A stretch of 64,000 bases of DNA from an uncultured Candidatus Saccharibacteria bacterium (GTDB lineage Bacteria; Patescibacteriota; Dojkabacteria; SC72). The notes beneath the pieces were generated by a model. The model had not been told where the DNA came from. It was given only the letters and a program-made list of their open reading frames with translations, and made no database searches. The DNA lies in assembly GCA_964403155.1 (NCBI GenBank), contig CAYOEG010000001.1, positions 21,550-85,549 of the forward strand, written 5' to 3'. Every line of letters starts with the position of its first letter. Position 1 is the first letter of the stretch. This document shows, piece after piece, positions 1 through 9,493 of this stretch. The position numbers and the translations under genes are program-made.

Positions 1-228
1 AGATTGAAATATTTTGCAGCACATTCTTCTGGTTTTGATGTAGCAGACTACGATTTACAAAGGAGAGGACCAGGAGAGGTATACGGTACAAGACAATCAG
101 GCATTCCAATTTTCAAAGTTGCTTCTATACATGATTTGGGAACATTAAAAAAGGCGAGAAAGGTTGCAAGAGAGATCCTTTTAGAAGATAATAGCTACCA
201 AGATATATTAGATAATCTTTTTAAATGA
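1..228 (+). CDS. recG: ATP-dependent DNA helicase RecG, C-terminal fragment (5' end lies outside the window)
   Basis: The translated C-terminus (RGPGEVYGTRQSGIP..KKARKVA) matches the conserved RecG tail. The ORF runs open to the window start. Confidence 0.6.
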   Translation, partial: RLKYFAAHSSGFDVADYDLQRRGPGEVYGTRQSGIPIFKVASIHDLGTLKKARKVAREILLEDNSYQDILDNLFK

Positions 229-680
229 AAATACACGTAGTTTTGGACAATATACGCTCAGTGTTTAATGTCGGAAGTATATTTAGATCTTCGGATGGCG
301 CAGGGAGCGTGGAAAAGATATATCTTTGTGGGATGACAACACCAATAGACAATCCAAAGCTTGAAAAGACTGCACTTGGAGCTACAGAAATGATTGCTTC
401 CGAGCATTATGACACTACCAAAGAAGCACTTGATGAATTAAGAGCACAGAATATTCCAATATATTCTGTAGAGTTAACGGAAGATGCCGAGAATTTCCAA
501 AAAATTGGATATCCAAAAGAATTAGCAATTATTCTTGGTCATGAAAAGAATGGCGTAGATCCAGAGATATTAGAGGAGAGTGATCGGAAGATATTTGTGC
601 CTATGAGAGGGAAAAAGGAATCTCTGAATGTAGCAAATTGTGCCAGTATAATCTTGTACGAAATTACAAGAGAAAGATAA
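225..680 (+). CDS. SpoU/TrmH-family RNA 2'-O-methyltransferase
   Basis: SPOUT motif 1 (VLDNIRSVFNVGSIFRSSDGAGS) is present. The size (151 aa) fits, and the start overlaps the upstream stop by 4 nt. Confidence 0.65.
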   Translation: MKIHVVLDNIRSVFNVGSIFRSSDGAGSVEKIYLCGMTTPIDNPKLEKTALGATEMIASEHYDTTKEALDELRAQNIPIYSVELTEDAENFQKIGYPKELAIILGHEKNGVDPEILEESDRKIFVPMRGKKESLNVANCASIILYEITRER

Positions 681-702
681 TAATTTCTGATAAAATATAC
701 CT

Positions 703-1134
703 ATGAAAACGTTAAAAGTACTAGGTGTATTTCTATTTATTCTCTTATCTGGCGCTGCAGGCTATCAAGTATATTCTCACCTCAATGAATCTTCGGTACA
801 GGGAGTTGCAGTTACCGAGAGTAGTTGGGCATATAGAAAATCAATTTTTGTTGAGAATACAGAATCTATATATCTTGAGAAAGAAATACAACTCGAGATT
901 GATACTGCATCGCTGATAGCAGAGGGTAAACTACAAAATAATTGTGCAGATCTCCGGTTCCAAGAAAGTGAGACATTACGTTCTTTGAATTTCCAAATAG
1001 AGGGAGAATGTAATTCTAGCAGCACTTCAATTAAAGTCACAATCCCATCCCTTCCTATTGGAGGAGAAAACATATACATGTTCTACGGCAATCCGAAGGC
1101 AATTCCTCTTCCGATCAACGTTGACAATATCTAA
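703..1134 (+). CDS. hypothetical secreted protein
   Basis: N-terminal signal peptide or TM segment (LGVFLFILLSGAAG). I see no recognisable family. It is co-directional with the downstream surface-protein genes. Confidence 0.4.
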   Translation: MKTLKVLGVFLFILLSGAAGYQVYSHLNESSVQGVAVTESSWAYRKSIFVENTESIYLEKEIQLEIDTASLIAEGKLQNNCADLRFQESETLRSLNFQIEGECNSSSTSIKVTIPSLPIGGENIYMFYGNPKAIPLPINVDNI

Positions 1135-1156
1135 TTAATAAAACAAAATAAGAAGA

Positions 1157-1756
1157 ATGACTAAAAACAAATATAAAATCATCCACACTTTGATATTCAC
1201 ATTTTTCTTAGTTCTTCTCCCTGTACCATCTTACGCAGGGGATAAAACTATGCCAATACTCTTTAAGACGTTTGGACAGAGTAATACCGAGACTTTGAAC
1301 TCTGATTCAGTAGTACTAGACTCAATTGCAATAAATAACTTTGATGCACTCATCGAAGGAACAGATCTAACCGTGTACAAAGACGATGCAGTAAGGATAG
1401 AGGGTCGTTCGACACCAGGTTCCAAGATAATAGTATCCTTCGGGAACACAAAGATAGAGACAATCGCAGATTATGGAGGAAGTTGGTTTGTCCTTTTTAG
1501 TATCACTAATATGGAGGAGGGGAAATATATTGTTAACGCACAAGCTTCAAATTCAAATCAACCCACATTGCTTGTTAATCTAATTGTTGGGCAAGGAAAT
1601 AGGATTCTCGAACCAACTCTAAGATCTAATACTGAAGAAAAAAATCAAGACATACTTATATATATTGGTATTGCACTTGTATCATTAATATTGGGATGGT
1701 TTGCACATGTCCTTTTTGAAAGAATTAATCATAAAAGAGGTATTTCTAAGAAATGA
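1157..1756 (+). CDS. hypothetical exported protein with signal peptide and C-terminal TM plus basic tail
   Basis: Signal peptide ending ..PSYAG. The C-terminus is a hydrophobic helix (ILIYIGIALVSLILGWFAHVLF) followed by ERINHKRGISKK, a tripartite sorting-signal-like tail. Confidence 0.45.
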   Translation: MTKNKYKIIHTLIFTFFLVLLPVPSYAGDKTMPILFKTFGQSNTETLNSDSVVLDSIAINNFDALIEGTDLTVYKDDAVRIEGRSTPGSKIIVSFGNTKIETIADYGGSWFVLFSITNMEEGKYIVNAQASNSNQPTLLVNLIVGQGNRILEPTLRSNTEEKNQDILIYIGIALVSLILGWFAHVLFERINHKRGISKK

Positions 1757-4539
1757 TATTAAATTTGAGATATACAAAAAGAGGATCTATCGCAGGAGGA
1801 ATACTTTTGGCTTCATTAGTAGCCTTTGTTACGCTTCTGTCTCAAAAGTCTCCCGCATACGCATGTTCTGGAACTTGTCCATCAGAATGTTATACATCTC
1901 CATCTTGTGGCTGTACTGGTCCAGGTGGTTGCAGAAATATAGGGTCTGGATGCGTATCCGGAGAATATAAATGCGGGACTAGCTACTGTTGTGACAACTG
2001 TGATGATTCTTGTGGATCTTGTTCCTGTACCCCAGCAGCTTGCTCTGGATATTACAGCGTAACCTCTAATAATGGTTGTTCTAGTACAACAAACACTTGT
2101 ACGAAATATTACCAAGACTCCTGCTGTGGTTCCTGCGGTACAGAGAGTAGAACCTGTTGGCTAGTTAAATATACGTTAACATATACAGCAGGCAGTAATG
2201 GTTCCCTAACAGGGACTACTTCACAATCAGTTTGCAGAGGAAGCAACGGAACAGCAGTAACTGCGGTTCCTAATACAGGATACTCATTTTCACAGTGGAG
2301 TGACAGTTCTACTGCAAATCCAAGAACGGATACAAATGTAACCGCAAGCCTGAGTGTCACCGCTTCTTTTGTCTTAAACAATGTAGCCCCAACAGCACCA
2401 ACATCTCTATTAGCAGAGGGAGCTACAAATCCCACAGGTGTAACAGATACTACTCCCGAATTTAGTGCAATATTCAATGACCCCAATACTTCTGATACAA
2501 GTTCTGTATATCAAATACAGGTAAACACCTCTTCTGCTTTTACTGGAACATCTATGTGGGATAGCGGTTTAACATCAATGACAGCTACTGCAAACGGAGC
2601 TAGAAGTCCAAATATCTCATATGCTGGGACAACTCTTTCACTTAATGGTACAACATACTACTGGAGAATTAGATTTCAAGATAGCTATGGAGCAACAGGT
2701 GCTTGGTCTTCTGCCGCTAACTTCACTATGAATACAACACCCACCGCACCAACCTCTCTTTTAGCAGAGGGCGTAGCAACACCCACTCAAGTTTCAGATT
2801 TAACACCAGAATTTAGTGCAATATTTAATGATCCAGATACCTCGAATACTGGTACATACTACCAAATACAAGTAAATACCTCCTCTGGTTTCTCAGGGAC
2901 ATCTATGTGGGATAGCGGTTTAACAGCTATGACAGCTACTGCAAATGGAGCTAGAAGTCCAAATATCTCATATGCTGGGACAACTCTTTCACAAAATGGA
3001 TCTACATACTACTGGAGAATTAAATTCGCAGATAACTATGGTACAACAAGTCCATGGTCATCTGTTTCAAGTTTTACCATGAATACAACACCAACAGCAC
3101 CTACTGTTTTGTGGACAGAAGGATCCGTTACACCAACAGGTGTCTCTGATACAACACCTGAGTTTAGTGCAATATTTAACGACCCTAATACTTCTGACAC
3201 AGGCACGTACTATCAAGTACAAGTAAACACTGCTTCTGACTTCTCTGGAACATCTATGTGGGATAGCGGTTTAACGTCTATGACTGCCACTACAAACGGA
3301 AGTAGAAGTCCAGATATTTCATATGCTGGGACAACTCTTTCACTTAATGGTACAACATACTACTGGAGAATTAGATTTGCAGATAATCTTGGAGCCACCG
3401 GTGCTTGGTCTTCTGCATCTAACTTCACCATGAATATATATCCATCTGCTCCTACAAGCCTACTCACAGAAGGAGCGACAAATCCGATAAGCATCTCAGA
3501 TACAACACCTGAGTTTAGTGCAATATTTAATGACCCTGACACTTCTGATACTGGTACCCGATATCAGATACAAGTAAATACTGCTTCTGACTTCTCTGGA
3601 ACTTCTATGTGGGATAGCGGTTTAACGTCTATGACTGCCACTACAAACGGAAGTAGAAGTCCTGATATTTCATATGCTGGGACAATATTACCTCTTGATG
3701 GTACAAAATATTACTGGAGAATTAGATTCGCGAATAGCTATGGTACTGAAGGGACTTGGTCTGCTGCATCCAATTTTACTATGAATGATGCACCAACAGA
3801 TCCAACCTCACTCTTAACAGAGGGCACTACTAACCCTATAAATGTAACAGATACAACACCTGAGTTTAGTGCAATATTTAATGACCCTGACACATCGGAT
3901 ACTGCAATTTACTATCAAATACAGGTAAACACAACCTCCGAATTTAACGGTACAACAATGTGGGACTCTACCAAGACATCCCTTTCCCCATCAATTAACA
4001 ACGGTGCAAGATCTCAAGATATATCATACGCAGGGACTACAATAACTCTTAATGGGACACTGTATTACTGGAGAATCAAATTCTGGGATAACAATAATAA
4101 CGAGGGGGCATGGTCAGATGTTGCAACTTTCTTAGTATCCGGAGCACCATATCAGCCAACAGCACTTCAAACAAATGATATGACGAATCCTTCTGCATTG
4201 ACAAGAGTCCCACCATATTTTTCTGCCATATATTCTGATATTAATACTAATCCTGCATCAGCATATGAGATAGAGGTAAATGCAGCTTCTGATTTCTCTG
4301 GAGCATTCATGTGGGATTCAGGAAAGACATCGACTACAATAGCTAATGGACAAAGATCCTCATTATACTACTATGCAGGTACTGCGCTATCTAATTCTGA
4401 TACCACATATTACTGGCGTATAAGATTCTGGGATTCTGATGAACAATTAGGGCCATGGTCTGAAACTGCACAATTTGCCGATACATATTCACTATTCCAA
4501 TTCGGAGGTTTACAAATGGGTGGGATAAAACTTGACTAA
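1753..4539 (+). CDS. large cysteine-rich repeat-containing surface protein (Listeria/Bacteroides-type repeat domain plus six ~117-aa Ig/FN3-like repeats)
   Basis: Signal peptide, then a stretch of about 100 aa containing more than 30 Cys. Next comes a YTLTYTAG..GYSFSQWSD segment like the Listeria-Bacteroides repeat domain. After that, six tandem repeats share PEFSAIFNDP..YQIQVNT..MWDSGLT..YYWRIRF. There is no C-terminal TM. Confidence 0.7.
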   Translation: MILNLRYTKRGSIAGGILLASLVAFVTLLSQKSPAYACSGTCPSECYTSPSCGCTGPGGCRNIGSGCVSGEYKCGTSYCCDNCDDSCGSCSCTPAACSGYYSVTSNNGCSSTTNTCTKYYQDSCCGSCGTESRTCWLVKYTLTYTAGSNGSLTGTTSQSVCRGSNGTAVTAVPNTGYSFSQWSDSSTANPRTDTNVTASLSVTASFVLNNVAPTAPTSLLAEGATNPTGVTDTTPEFSAIFNDPNTSDTSSVYQIQVNTSSAFTGTSMWDSGLTSMTATANGARSPNISYAGTTLSLNGTTYYWRIRFQDSYGATGAWSSAANFTMNTTPTAPTSLLAEGVATPTQVSDLTPEFSAIFNDPDTSNTGTYYQIQVNTSSGFSGTSMWDSGLTAMTATANGARSPNISYAGTTLSQNGSTYYWRIKFADNYGTTSPWSSVSSFTMNTTPTAPTVLWTEGSVTPTGVSDTTPEFSAIFNDPNTSDTGTYYQVQVNTASDFSGTSMWDSGLTSMTATTNGSRSPDISYAGTTLSLNGTTYYWRIRFADNLGATGAWSSASNFTMNIYPSAPTSLLTEGATNPISISDTTPEFSAIFNDPDTSDTGTRYQIQVNTASDFSGTSMWDSGLTSMTATTNGSRSPDISYAGTILPLDGTKYYWRIRFANSYGTEGTWSAASNFTMNDAPTDPTSLLTEGTTNPINVTDTTPEFSAIFNDPDTSDTAIYYQIQVNTTSEFNGTTMWDSTKTSLSPSINNGARSQDISYAGTTITLNGTLYYWRIKFWDNNNNEGAWSDVATFLVSGAPYQPTALQTNDMTNPSALTRVPPYFSAIYSDINTNPASAYEIEVNAASDFSGAFMWDSGKTSTTIANGQRSSLYYYAGTALSNSDTTYYWRIRFWDSDEQLGPWSETAQFADTYSLFQFGGLQMGGIKLD
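2386..4495 (+). repeat. six tandem in-frame DNA repeats of about 350 bp inside the surface-protein gene
   Basis: Unit boundaries are about 2386, 2741, 3091, 3441, 3790 and 4143. Long stretches are near-identical at the nucleotide level (for example around 2551-2680 versus 3251-3380 versus 3600-3730). The last unit is the most divergent. Confidence 0.85.
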
Positions 4540-5311
4540 TTGTAGTATAATACTGCTCATGAGTCTCAAATTAGAATCATTCAAAAAAATTAGAAAAGAT
4601 AAAAATAAGTGGAAAGTAGAAACTCCCGAGGAATTCGAGGAGAGAGAAGAAGCTTTCCTTAAAAAGCGCCTTCAATCCAAAGAGCCAACAATTAACACCT
4701 TTGTTCGTATCACAGGAGGTAAAGCAAAAAATTTTAGAATAGATATCCCAAAAACTACCAGGCCATTAACAGATAGGATGAAAGTCAGAATATTCGATAT
4801 TCTTAAAGAGGATATCGTTAACAAAACAATCCTGGATCTATATGCAGGCGCAGGTTCATTTGCATTAGAAGCCCTATCAAGAGGTGCAAAAGATGCGACA
4901 GTGGTAGATGCTTCAAAAAATGCCGAATATGTATTAAAACAAAATGTAGCACACACAGGTTTCTTACCACAAGTCGATATCATAAAGGAAAAAGCAGAAG
5001 AGTATCTATTTAAGCAAGTTAATAACGAAGACTACAAAAGCTTCGACATCGTTTTCATGGATCCACCATATAAGTTGTATAACACCAAAAATATTTTCAA
5101 GATGGAAAGGGTAATAAACATGGCATCTCAAATGCTAAATGGCGTAAAAGACCCCGATACGAAATCTTTTAAGGGTGCCTTAATTGTAAAACATCCTCGA
5201 AGATACCCTTTAGACAAGCTTACATTAAATCACATCAAAAAGATTGACACAATAGATTTTGGATTAAATTCCGTATCTTTTTTCATAGTAGACAATACAT
5301 TGCAAAAATAG
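4532..5311 (+). CDS. rsmD: 16S rRNA (guanine-N2)-methyltransferase RsmD family
   Basis: DLYAGAGSFALEALSRGA and FDIVFMDPPY motifs. The RsmD-like core starts near VRITGGKAKNFRI. The N-terminal ~55 aa look like an extension, so the true start is uncertain. Confidence 0.65.
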   Translation: MTNCSIILLMSLKLESFKKIRKDKNKWKVETPEEFEEREEAFLKKRLQSKEPTINTFVRITGGKAKNFRIDIPKTTRPLTDRMKVRIFDILKEDIVNKTILDLYAGAGSFALEALSRGAKDATVVDASKNAEYVLKQNVAHTGFLPQVDIIKEKAEEYLFKQVNNEDYKSFDIVFMDPPYKLYNTKNIFKMERVINMASQMLNGVKDPDTKSFKGALIVKHPRRYPLDKLTLNHIKKIDTIDFGLNSVSFFIVDNTLQK

Positions 5312-5469
5312 ATGCAAAAATATAAAATAGTGTCAGTATGTACAAAATACATGGAATTACAAAAGAAATCCTCTGCAGAGTTGTTTACACAACACGAACC
5401 TTCTAATAATGTCGTACATTCGTTTTTTCCAAACAAAAACATCCTTAACTAATATATAAGAATATTGAT

Positions 5470-7236
5470 ATGAACAAAGAAAATGTTAAGAAACTAGAAA
5501 AAATGAGGCATTCAGCTTCACACGTCTTAGCACAGGCAGTATTAAAGCTATACCCAGATGCGAAATTGGGTATTGGGCCTGCAATAGAAAATGGCTTTTA
5601 CTATGATTTTGAATTTTCAGAGCCATTAGCAGAAGAGGATTTACCAAAGATAGAGAAGGAGATGAAGAATATTATAAAACAGAATCTCCCGATCGTTCAG
5701 ACATTTATGAAGCGAAAAGAAGCTGTCGATTACTTAACCAAAACTGGTCAAAATTATAAATTAGAATTGCTTGAAAGCATTCCAGACGAAGATCTTAGTT
5801 TCTTCATAACTGGAGATAATGATTTCGCAGACCTATGTAGAGGACCACATATTTCTAGCACCAAAGAGATCGGAAGCATAAAACTTTTAAAAACCGCTGG
5901 GGCATATTGGAGAGGAGATGAGAAGCAGAAGATGCTAACGAGGATCTATGGCACCGCCTTCGAAACCAAAGAAGAGTTAAAAGAATATGTAGAACTACAA
6001 GCAGAAGCAGAAAGAAGAAATCACAGAATACTTGGGAAACAGTTACAATTGTTCGCAATTATCCCAGAGATAGGGCAAGGATTACCAGTATGGCTTCCAA
6101 GAGGATATAGAATGAGAAGAATTCTTGAGGATTATATGCTTGATCTTGAAAGAGATGCAGGATATGAGCATATCTTAACTCCACATATTAACAAGGAGAT
6201 TCTTTTCCAAACCTCTGGGCACTTAGGTTTTTACAAAGATTCTATGTATGCACCAATAGAGGTCGAGGATGAAAAATACTATCTAAAACCCATGAATTGT
6301 CCTGCTGGAATGATGGTTTACAAATTAGAACCTAAGAGCTACAGGGATTTACCATATAGGTTAGGAGAGTTTGGTACAGTATATAGATATGAGAAATCGG
6401 GAGAGCTTCATGGCTTACAAAGGGTTAGAGGATTTACACAAAATGATGCCCATATTTTCTGCACCGGAGAACAATTAGAGAAGGTAATAGACGAGACATT
6501 AGACCTATTGGAGATCTTTTACAAGGACGTAGGATTTGATAACTACAAATTTAGACTCTCCGTATCTGATTGGGAAAATAAAAAAGATCATTATGCCGGT
6601 GATCCAGAGAATTGGAAGATTGCAGAAAGCACGCTAAGAAAAGTACTCCTAGACAAAGGAATAGAATATGAAGAGATACCGGGAGAAGCAGCTTTCTACG
6701 GACCAAAGATCGATGTTCAAGCTATGAATGTATTTGGAAAAGAAGATTCTGTATCTACAATACAACTAGATTTTAATCTACCCGAGAAATTCGAGATTAG
6801 ATACATTGATGAAAAAGGTGCAGAGAAACAACCATTTGTAATACATAGAGCACTGATTGGTTCTTTTGAGAGATTCTTCTCTTTCTTAATTGAACATCAT
6901 GGTGGTGATTTCCCTCTCTGGTTCACTCCAGAACAGGTATATGTAATCCCTATCTCAGAAAAACATCATGACTATGCAGACAAAGTTTACAAAGAATTTA
7001 AAGATGCAAAACTTAGAGTATCTCTTGATGATAGGAATAAGAGTATGCAATCTAGAATTAGAGATGCAGAGAAGATGAAAATACCATACATAGTCATCAT
7101 CGGAGACAAAGAAGTTGAGACTGAAACAATCTCTATCCGAACCAGAAAAACCAAAGATCAGGGATTGATGAAAGTCCAAGAATTTATAGATACCCTTAAA
7201 GAAGAAATTCGAACTAAGGGACATCCCACAAATTAA
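5470..7236 (+). CDS. thrS: threonyl-tRNA synthetase (no N-terminal TGS domain)
   Basis: HSASHVLAQA (editing-domain zinc site), class II catalytic core and HRALIGSFERF. The protein starts directly in the editing domain (588 aa). Confidence 0.9.
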   Translation: MNKENVKKLEKMRHSASHVLAQAVLKLYPDAKLGIGPAIENGFYYDFEFSEPLAEEDLPKIEKEMKNIIKQNLPIVQTFMKRKEAVDYLTKTGQNYKLELLESIPDEDLSFFITGDNDFADLCRGPHISSTKEIGSIKLLKTAGAYWRGDEKQKMLTRIYGTAFETKEELKEYVELQAEAERRNHRILGKQLQLFAIIPEIGQGLPVWLPRGYRMRRILEDYMLDLERDAGYEHILTPHINKEILFQTSGHLGFYKDSMYAPIEVEDEKYYLKPMNCPAGMMVYKLEPKSYRDLPYRLGEFGTVYRYEKSGELHGLQRVRGFTQNDAHIFCTGEQLEKVIDETLDLLEIFYKDVGFDNYKFRLSVSDWENKKDHYAGDPENWKIAESTLRKVLLDKGIEYEEIPGEAAFYGPKIDVQAMNVFGKEDSVSTIQLDFNLPEKFEIRYIDEKGAEKQPFVIHRALIGSFERFFSFLIEHHGGDFPLWFTPEQVYVIPISEKHHDYADKVYKEFKDAKLRVSLDDRNKSMQSRIRDAEKMKIPYIVIIGDKEVETETISIRTRKTKDQGLMKVQEFIDTLKEEIRTKGHPTN

Positions 7237-7265
7237 ATATTTAAATTTAAAATACAAAAATATTA

Positions 7266-7856
7266 ATGGGATATAGCGATAGCAATAATAGAGGCACATT
7301 TGTAAAAAAGGACTATGGTCCAAGAAAAAACGAATGGATTAGAGTACCACAAGTACAGTTAATTGGTGCAAATGGTGAAAATATTGGTGTAATTGATACG
7401 GATAAAGCAAGACAACTTGCGCAAGAAGCTGGGCTAGACCTTGTAGAGGTAGGCGCAAGTGCAAATCCACCGGTTTGTAAGATTATGGACTTCTCAAAAT
7501 ACATATACCAACAGAATAAGAAGAAAAGAGAGGCAGCTGTTAACACAAAGATGAAAGAATTAAAGGAATTTAGGTTTACTCCAGTAATGGATATTGGTGA
7601 TACACAACATAGAATAAAGAGAGGTTTAGAATTCTTGGAAAAAGGACACCCTGTAAAACTCACAATGATCAAAAAGGGGAGGCAATCAAGAGAAATAGCC
7701 CAATCTGTATTCAATGAAATATTGACTAATTTCGCGGATTATAGTAGTATCGAAGCCGAACCAAAGACGGAAGGGAACCGTACTTCAATAACATATAGAC
7801 AAAATGGCAAGACAAAGAACAAACAAAACAGCGAAGAAGAGAATCAGGCTATCTAA
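7266..7856 (+). CDS. infC: translation initiation factor IF-3
   Basis: IRVPQVQLIGANGENIGV, CKIMDFSKY and EAEPKTEGNRTSITY match the IF3 N- and C-domains. It sits in the canonical thrS-infC-rpmI-rplT order. The C-terminal tail overlaps rpmI. Confidence 0.85.
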   Translation: MGYSDSNNRGTFVKKDYGPRKNEWIRVPQVQLIGANGENIGVIDTDKARQLAQEAGLDLVEVGASANPPVCKIMDFSKYIYQQNKKKREAAVNTKMKELKEFRFTPVMDIGDTQHRIKRGLEFLEKGHPVKLTMIKKGRQSREIAQSVFNEILTNFADYSSIEAEPKTEGNRTSITYRQNGKTKNKQNSEEENQAI

Positions 7857-8016
7857 CCCAAGAGGGAACAGAGATGCTAAATTAAGGTTCAAACAGAGTC
7901 ACCAAGGTCATTTGAAGACCAAAAGATCTACAAGATCAAAGCGAAGACAGAAGTCTAACGCAGTAGTTGTTGGTGCAAATGAGAAGAAATTAGTTCGAAA
8001 AATTATTAACTTCTAG
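7804..8016 (+). CDS. rpmI: 50S ribosomal protein L35
   Basis: Small basic protein (MARQRTNKTAKKRIRLS..KRSTRSKRR) in the conserved position between infC and rplT. It overlaps the infC 3' end by about 50 nt in another frame. Confidence 0.7.
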   Translation: MARQRTNKTAKKRIRLSNPRGNRDAKLRFKQSHQGHLKTKRSTRSKRRQKSNAVVVGANEKKLVRKIINF

Positions 8017-8028
8017 TAAGTATAAGTC

Positions 8029-8367
8029 ATGAGAGTCAAAGGCGGAACAGTAAGATCAAGAAAGCATAATAAAATCCTAAAGGCTACAAAAGGCTACAGG
8101 ATGACAAAGAATAGACTCTACAGAGTTGCACATCAAGCATTTATGCATGCTGGCCAATATGCATACGCACATAGACAGAGAAGAAAGAGCCAAATCAGAC
8201 AGCTTTGGATCAATAGAATAAATGCAGCAAGTAAGAACAACGGTATTCAATACAAAGACTTAATCGGTGGATTGAAAACAAAGAATATGGAGCTTAACAG
8301 ACAGATATTAGCAGATATCGCATACAACAATCCTTCTGTTTTCTCCTTTATAGTAAAATCTCTTTAG
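8029..8367 (+). CDS. rplT: 50S ribosomal protein L20
   Basis: MRVKGGTVRSRKHNKILKATKGYR..RQLWINRINAA is a classic L20 sequence. Confidence 0.9.
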   Translation: MRVKGGTVRSRKHNKILKATKGYRMTKNRLYRVAHQAFMHAGQYAYAHRQRRKSQIRQLWINRINAASKNNGIQYKDLIGGLKTKNMELNRQILADIAYNNPSVFSFIVKSL

Positions 8368-8391
8368 AGTTCTTTATTAGAATTATTTAAA

Positions 8392-8420
8392 GGACTCCGC
8401 AAAGAGTCCTTTTTCTTTTT
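8392..8420 (+). terminator. rho-independent terminator after rplT
   Basis: GGACTC-CGCAAA-GAGTCC hairpin followed by TTTTTCTTTTT. Confidence 0.75.
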
Positions 8421-8463
8421 AAATAAACAATATACAATATATAAACTTAAGATTGCCAAAGTA

Positions 8464-9492
8464 TTGATGGATAATACATTAGAAAAGATCTATTCAGAAG
8501 TTGATAAAGATCTGAATTTACCATATGAAGAGCTCAGGACTAAATATCTAGGGAACAATGGTCTCCTCACATTGGCACTAAAAAACATAAGTACTATCCC
8601 AAATGAAAAGAAAGCCAAATATGGGAAAGAAGTAAACGTTCTCAAAACAAGAGTTATGGAAATCCTTGATCAAAAATTTGCCCAATCAGTTGTATATGAA
8701 CAAAATCCACGTATCGATCCCACTGCACCATTTGATGTGAATACACCAAAAGATAAACGTTCATACATATTAGAAACGAAGGGTACAAAACATCCATTAC
8801 ATAAAGAAGTAGAAAAACTTGTTGAAATATTCCAAAGAATGGGATTTGACGTACTCGAAAGTAAACAGATAGATGATGACTTCCATATGTTCGAATCATT
8901 AAACTTCCCCACGGGACATCCTGCAAGAGATATGTACGATACATTCTGGACGGTGGATGGATTTGTATTGCCAGCACATACATCCACTATGCAAAACCGA
9001 GCAATGAAGAAGTTTGGCCCACCACCCATCAGAGTAGTATTACCAGGAAGATGTTTCAGGAATGAGGCTACAGACGCAAGCCATGAACATACCTTCTACC
9101 AAATCGAAGGTGTGTACATAGACAAAGGGATTTCTCTAGCAAATATGAAAGCAACAATAAAAACATTTTTGGAAACTTACCTTGAAAAAGATTTAGATGT
9201 TAGAATGCAACCATCGTTTTTCCCATTCACAGAACCAGACTGTGAGTTTGTCATAAGTTGTCCATTCTGTAATAAGGCAGGATGTTCAACATGTGGACAC
9301 TCCGGTTGGATAGAATTGATGGGATGTGGAATGATTCATCCTAATGTATTAAAGGCCGGAGGTATTGACCCAGATGAATACTCAGGATTTGCATGGGGAT
9401 TCGGAGTAGACAGATTAGCAATGATAAAACTTGGAATAGAAGATATCCGACTTCTCAGAGACTCAAACCTTAACTTCTTAAGACAATTGTAA
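8464..9492 (+). CDS. pheS: phenylalanyl-tRNA synthetase alpha subunit
   Basis: FPFTEPDCEF motif, a Cys cluster (CPFCNKAGCSTCGHSGW) and GFAWGFGVDRLAM. Confidence 0.9.
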   Translation: MMDNTLEKIYSEVDKDLNLPYEELRTKYLGNNGLLTLALKNISTIPNEKKAKYGKEVNVLKTRVMEILDQKFAQSVVYEQNPRIDPTAPFDVNTPKDKRSYILETKGTKHPLHKEVEKLVEIFQRMGFDVLESKQIDDDFHMFESLNFPTGHPARDMYDTFWTVDGFVLPAHTSTMQNRAMKKFGPPPIRVVLPGRCFRNEATDASHEHTFYQIEGVYIDKGISLANMKATIKTFLETYLEKDLDVRMQPSFFPFTEPDCEFVISCPFCNKAGCSTCGHSGWIELMGCGMIHPNVLKAGGIDPDEYSGFAWGFGVDRLAMIKLGIEDIRLLRDSNLNFLRQL

Positions 9493-9493
9493 T

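Noticed and set aside
777-1079. Antisense or overlapping ORFs (e.g. 777-1079-, 1882-2115-, 2109-2486-, 3360-3542-, 12530-13036+, 13193-13543+, 17065-18564+ set, 22107-23492+ set, 24822-25676+ set, 37017-38616- set)
   Set aside because: Each lies entirely inside a longer, well-supported gene on the opposite strand or in another frame. None has a motif or an RBS. They are spurious frames, expected in AT-rich DNA.
2386-4495. Tandem ~350-bp repeats considered as a possible CRISPR or mobile repeat array
   Set aside because: The repeats are in-frame coding units of one ORF, each about 350 bp, with no short spacers. This is a protein-domain repeat, not a CRISPR array.
5312-5469. Possible T-box leader upstream of thrS
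   Set aside because: No T-box consensus (AATTAGGGTGGTACCGCG-like) or specifier/antiterminator arrangement was seen.
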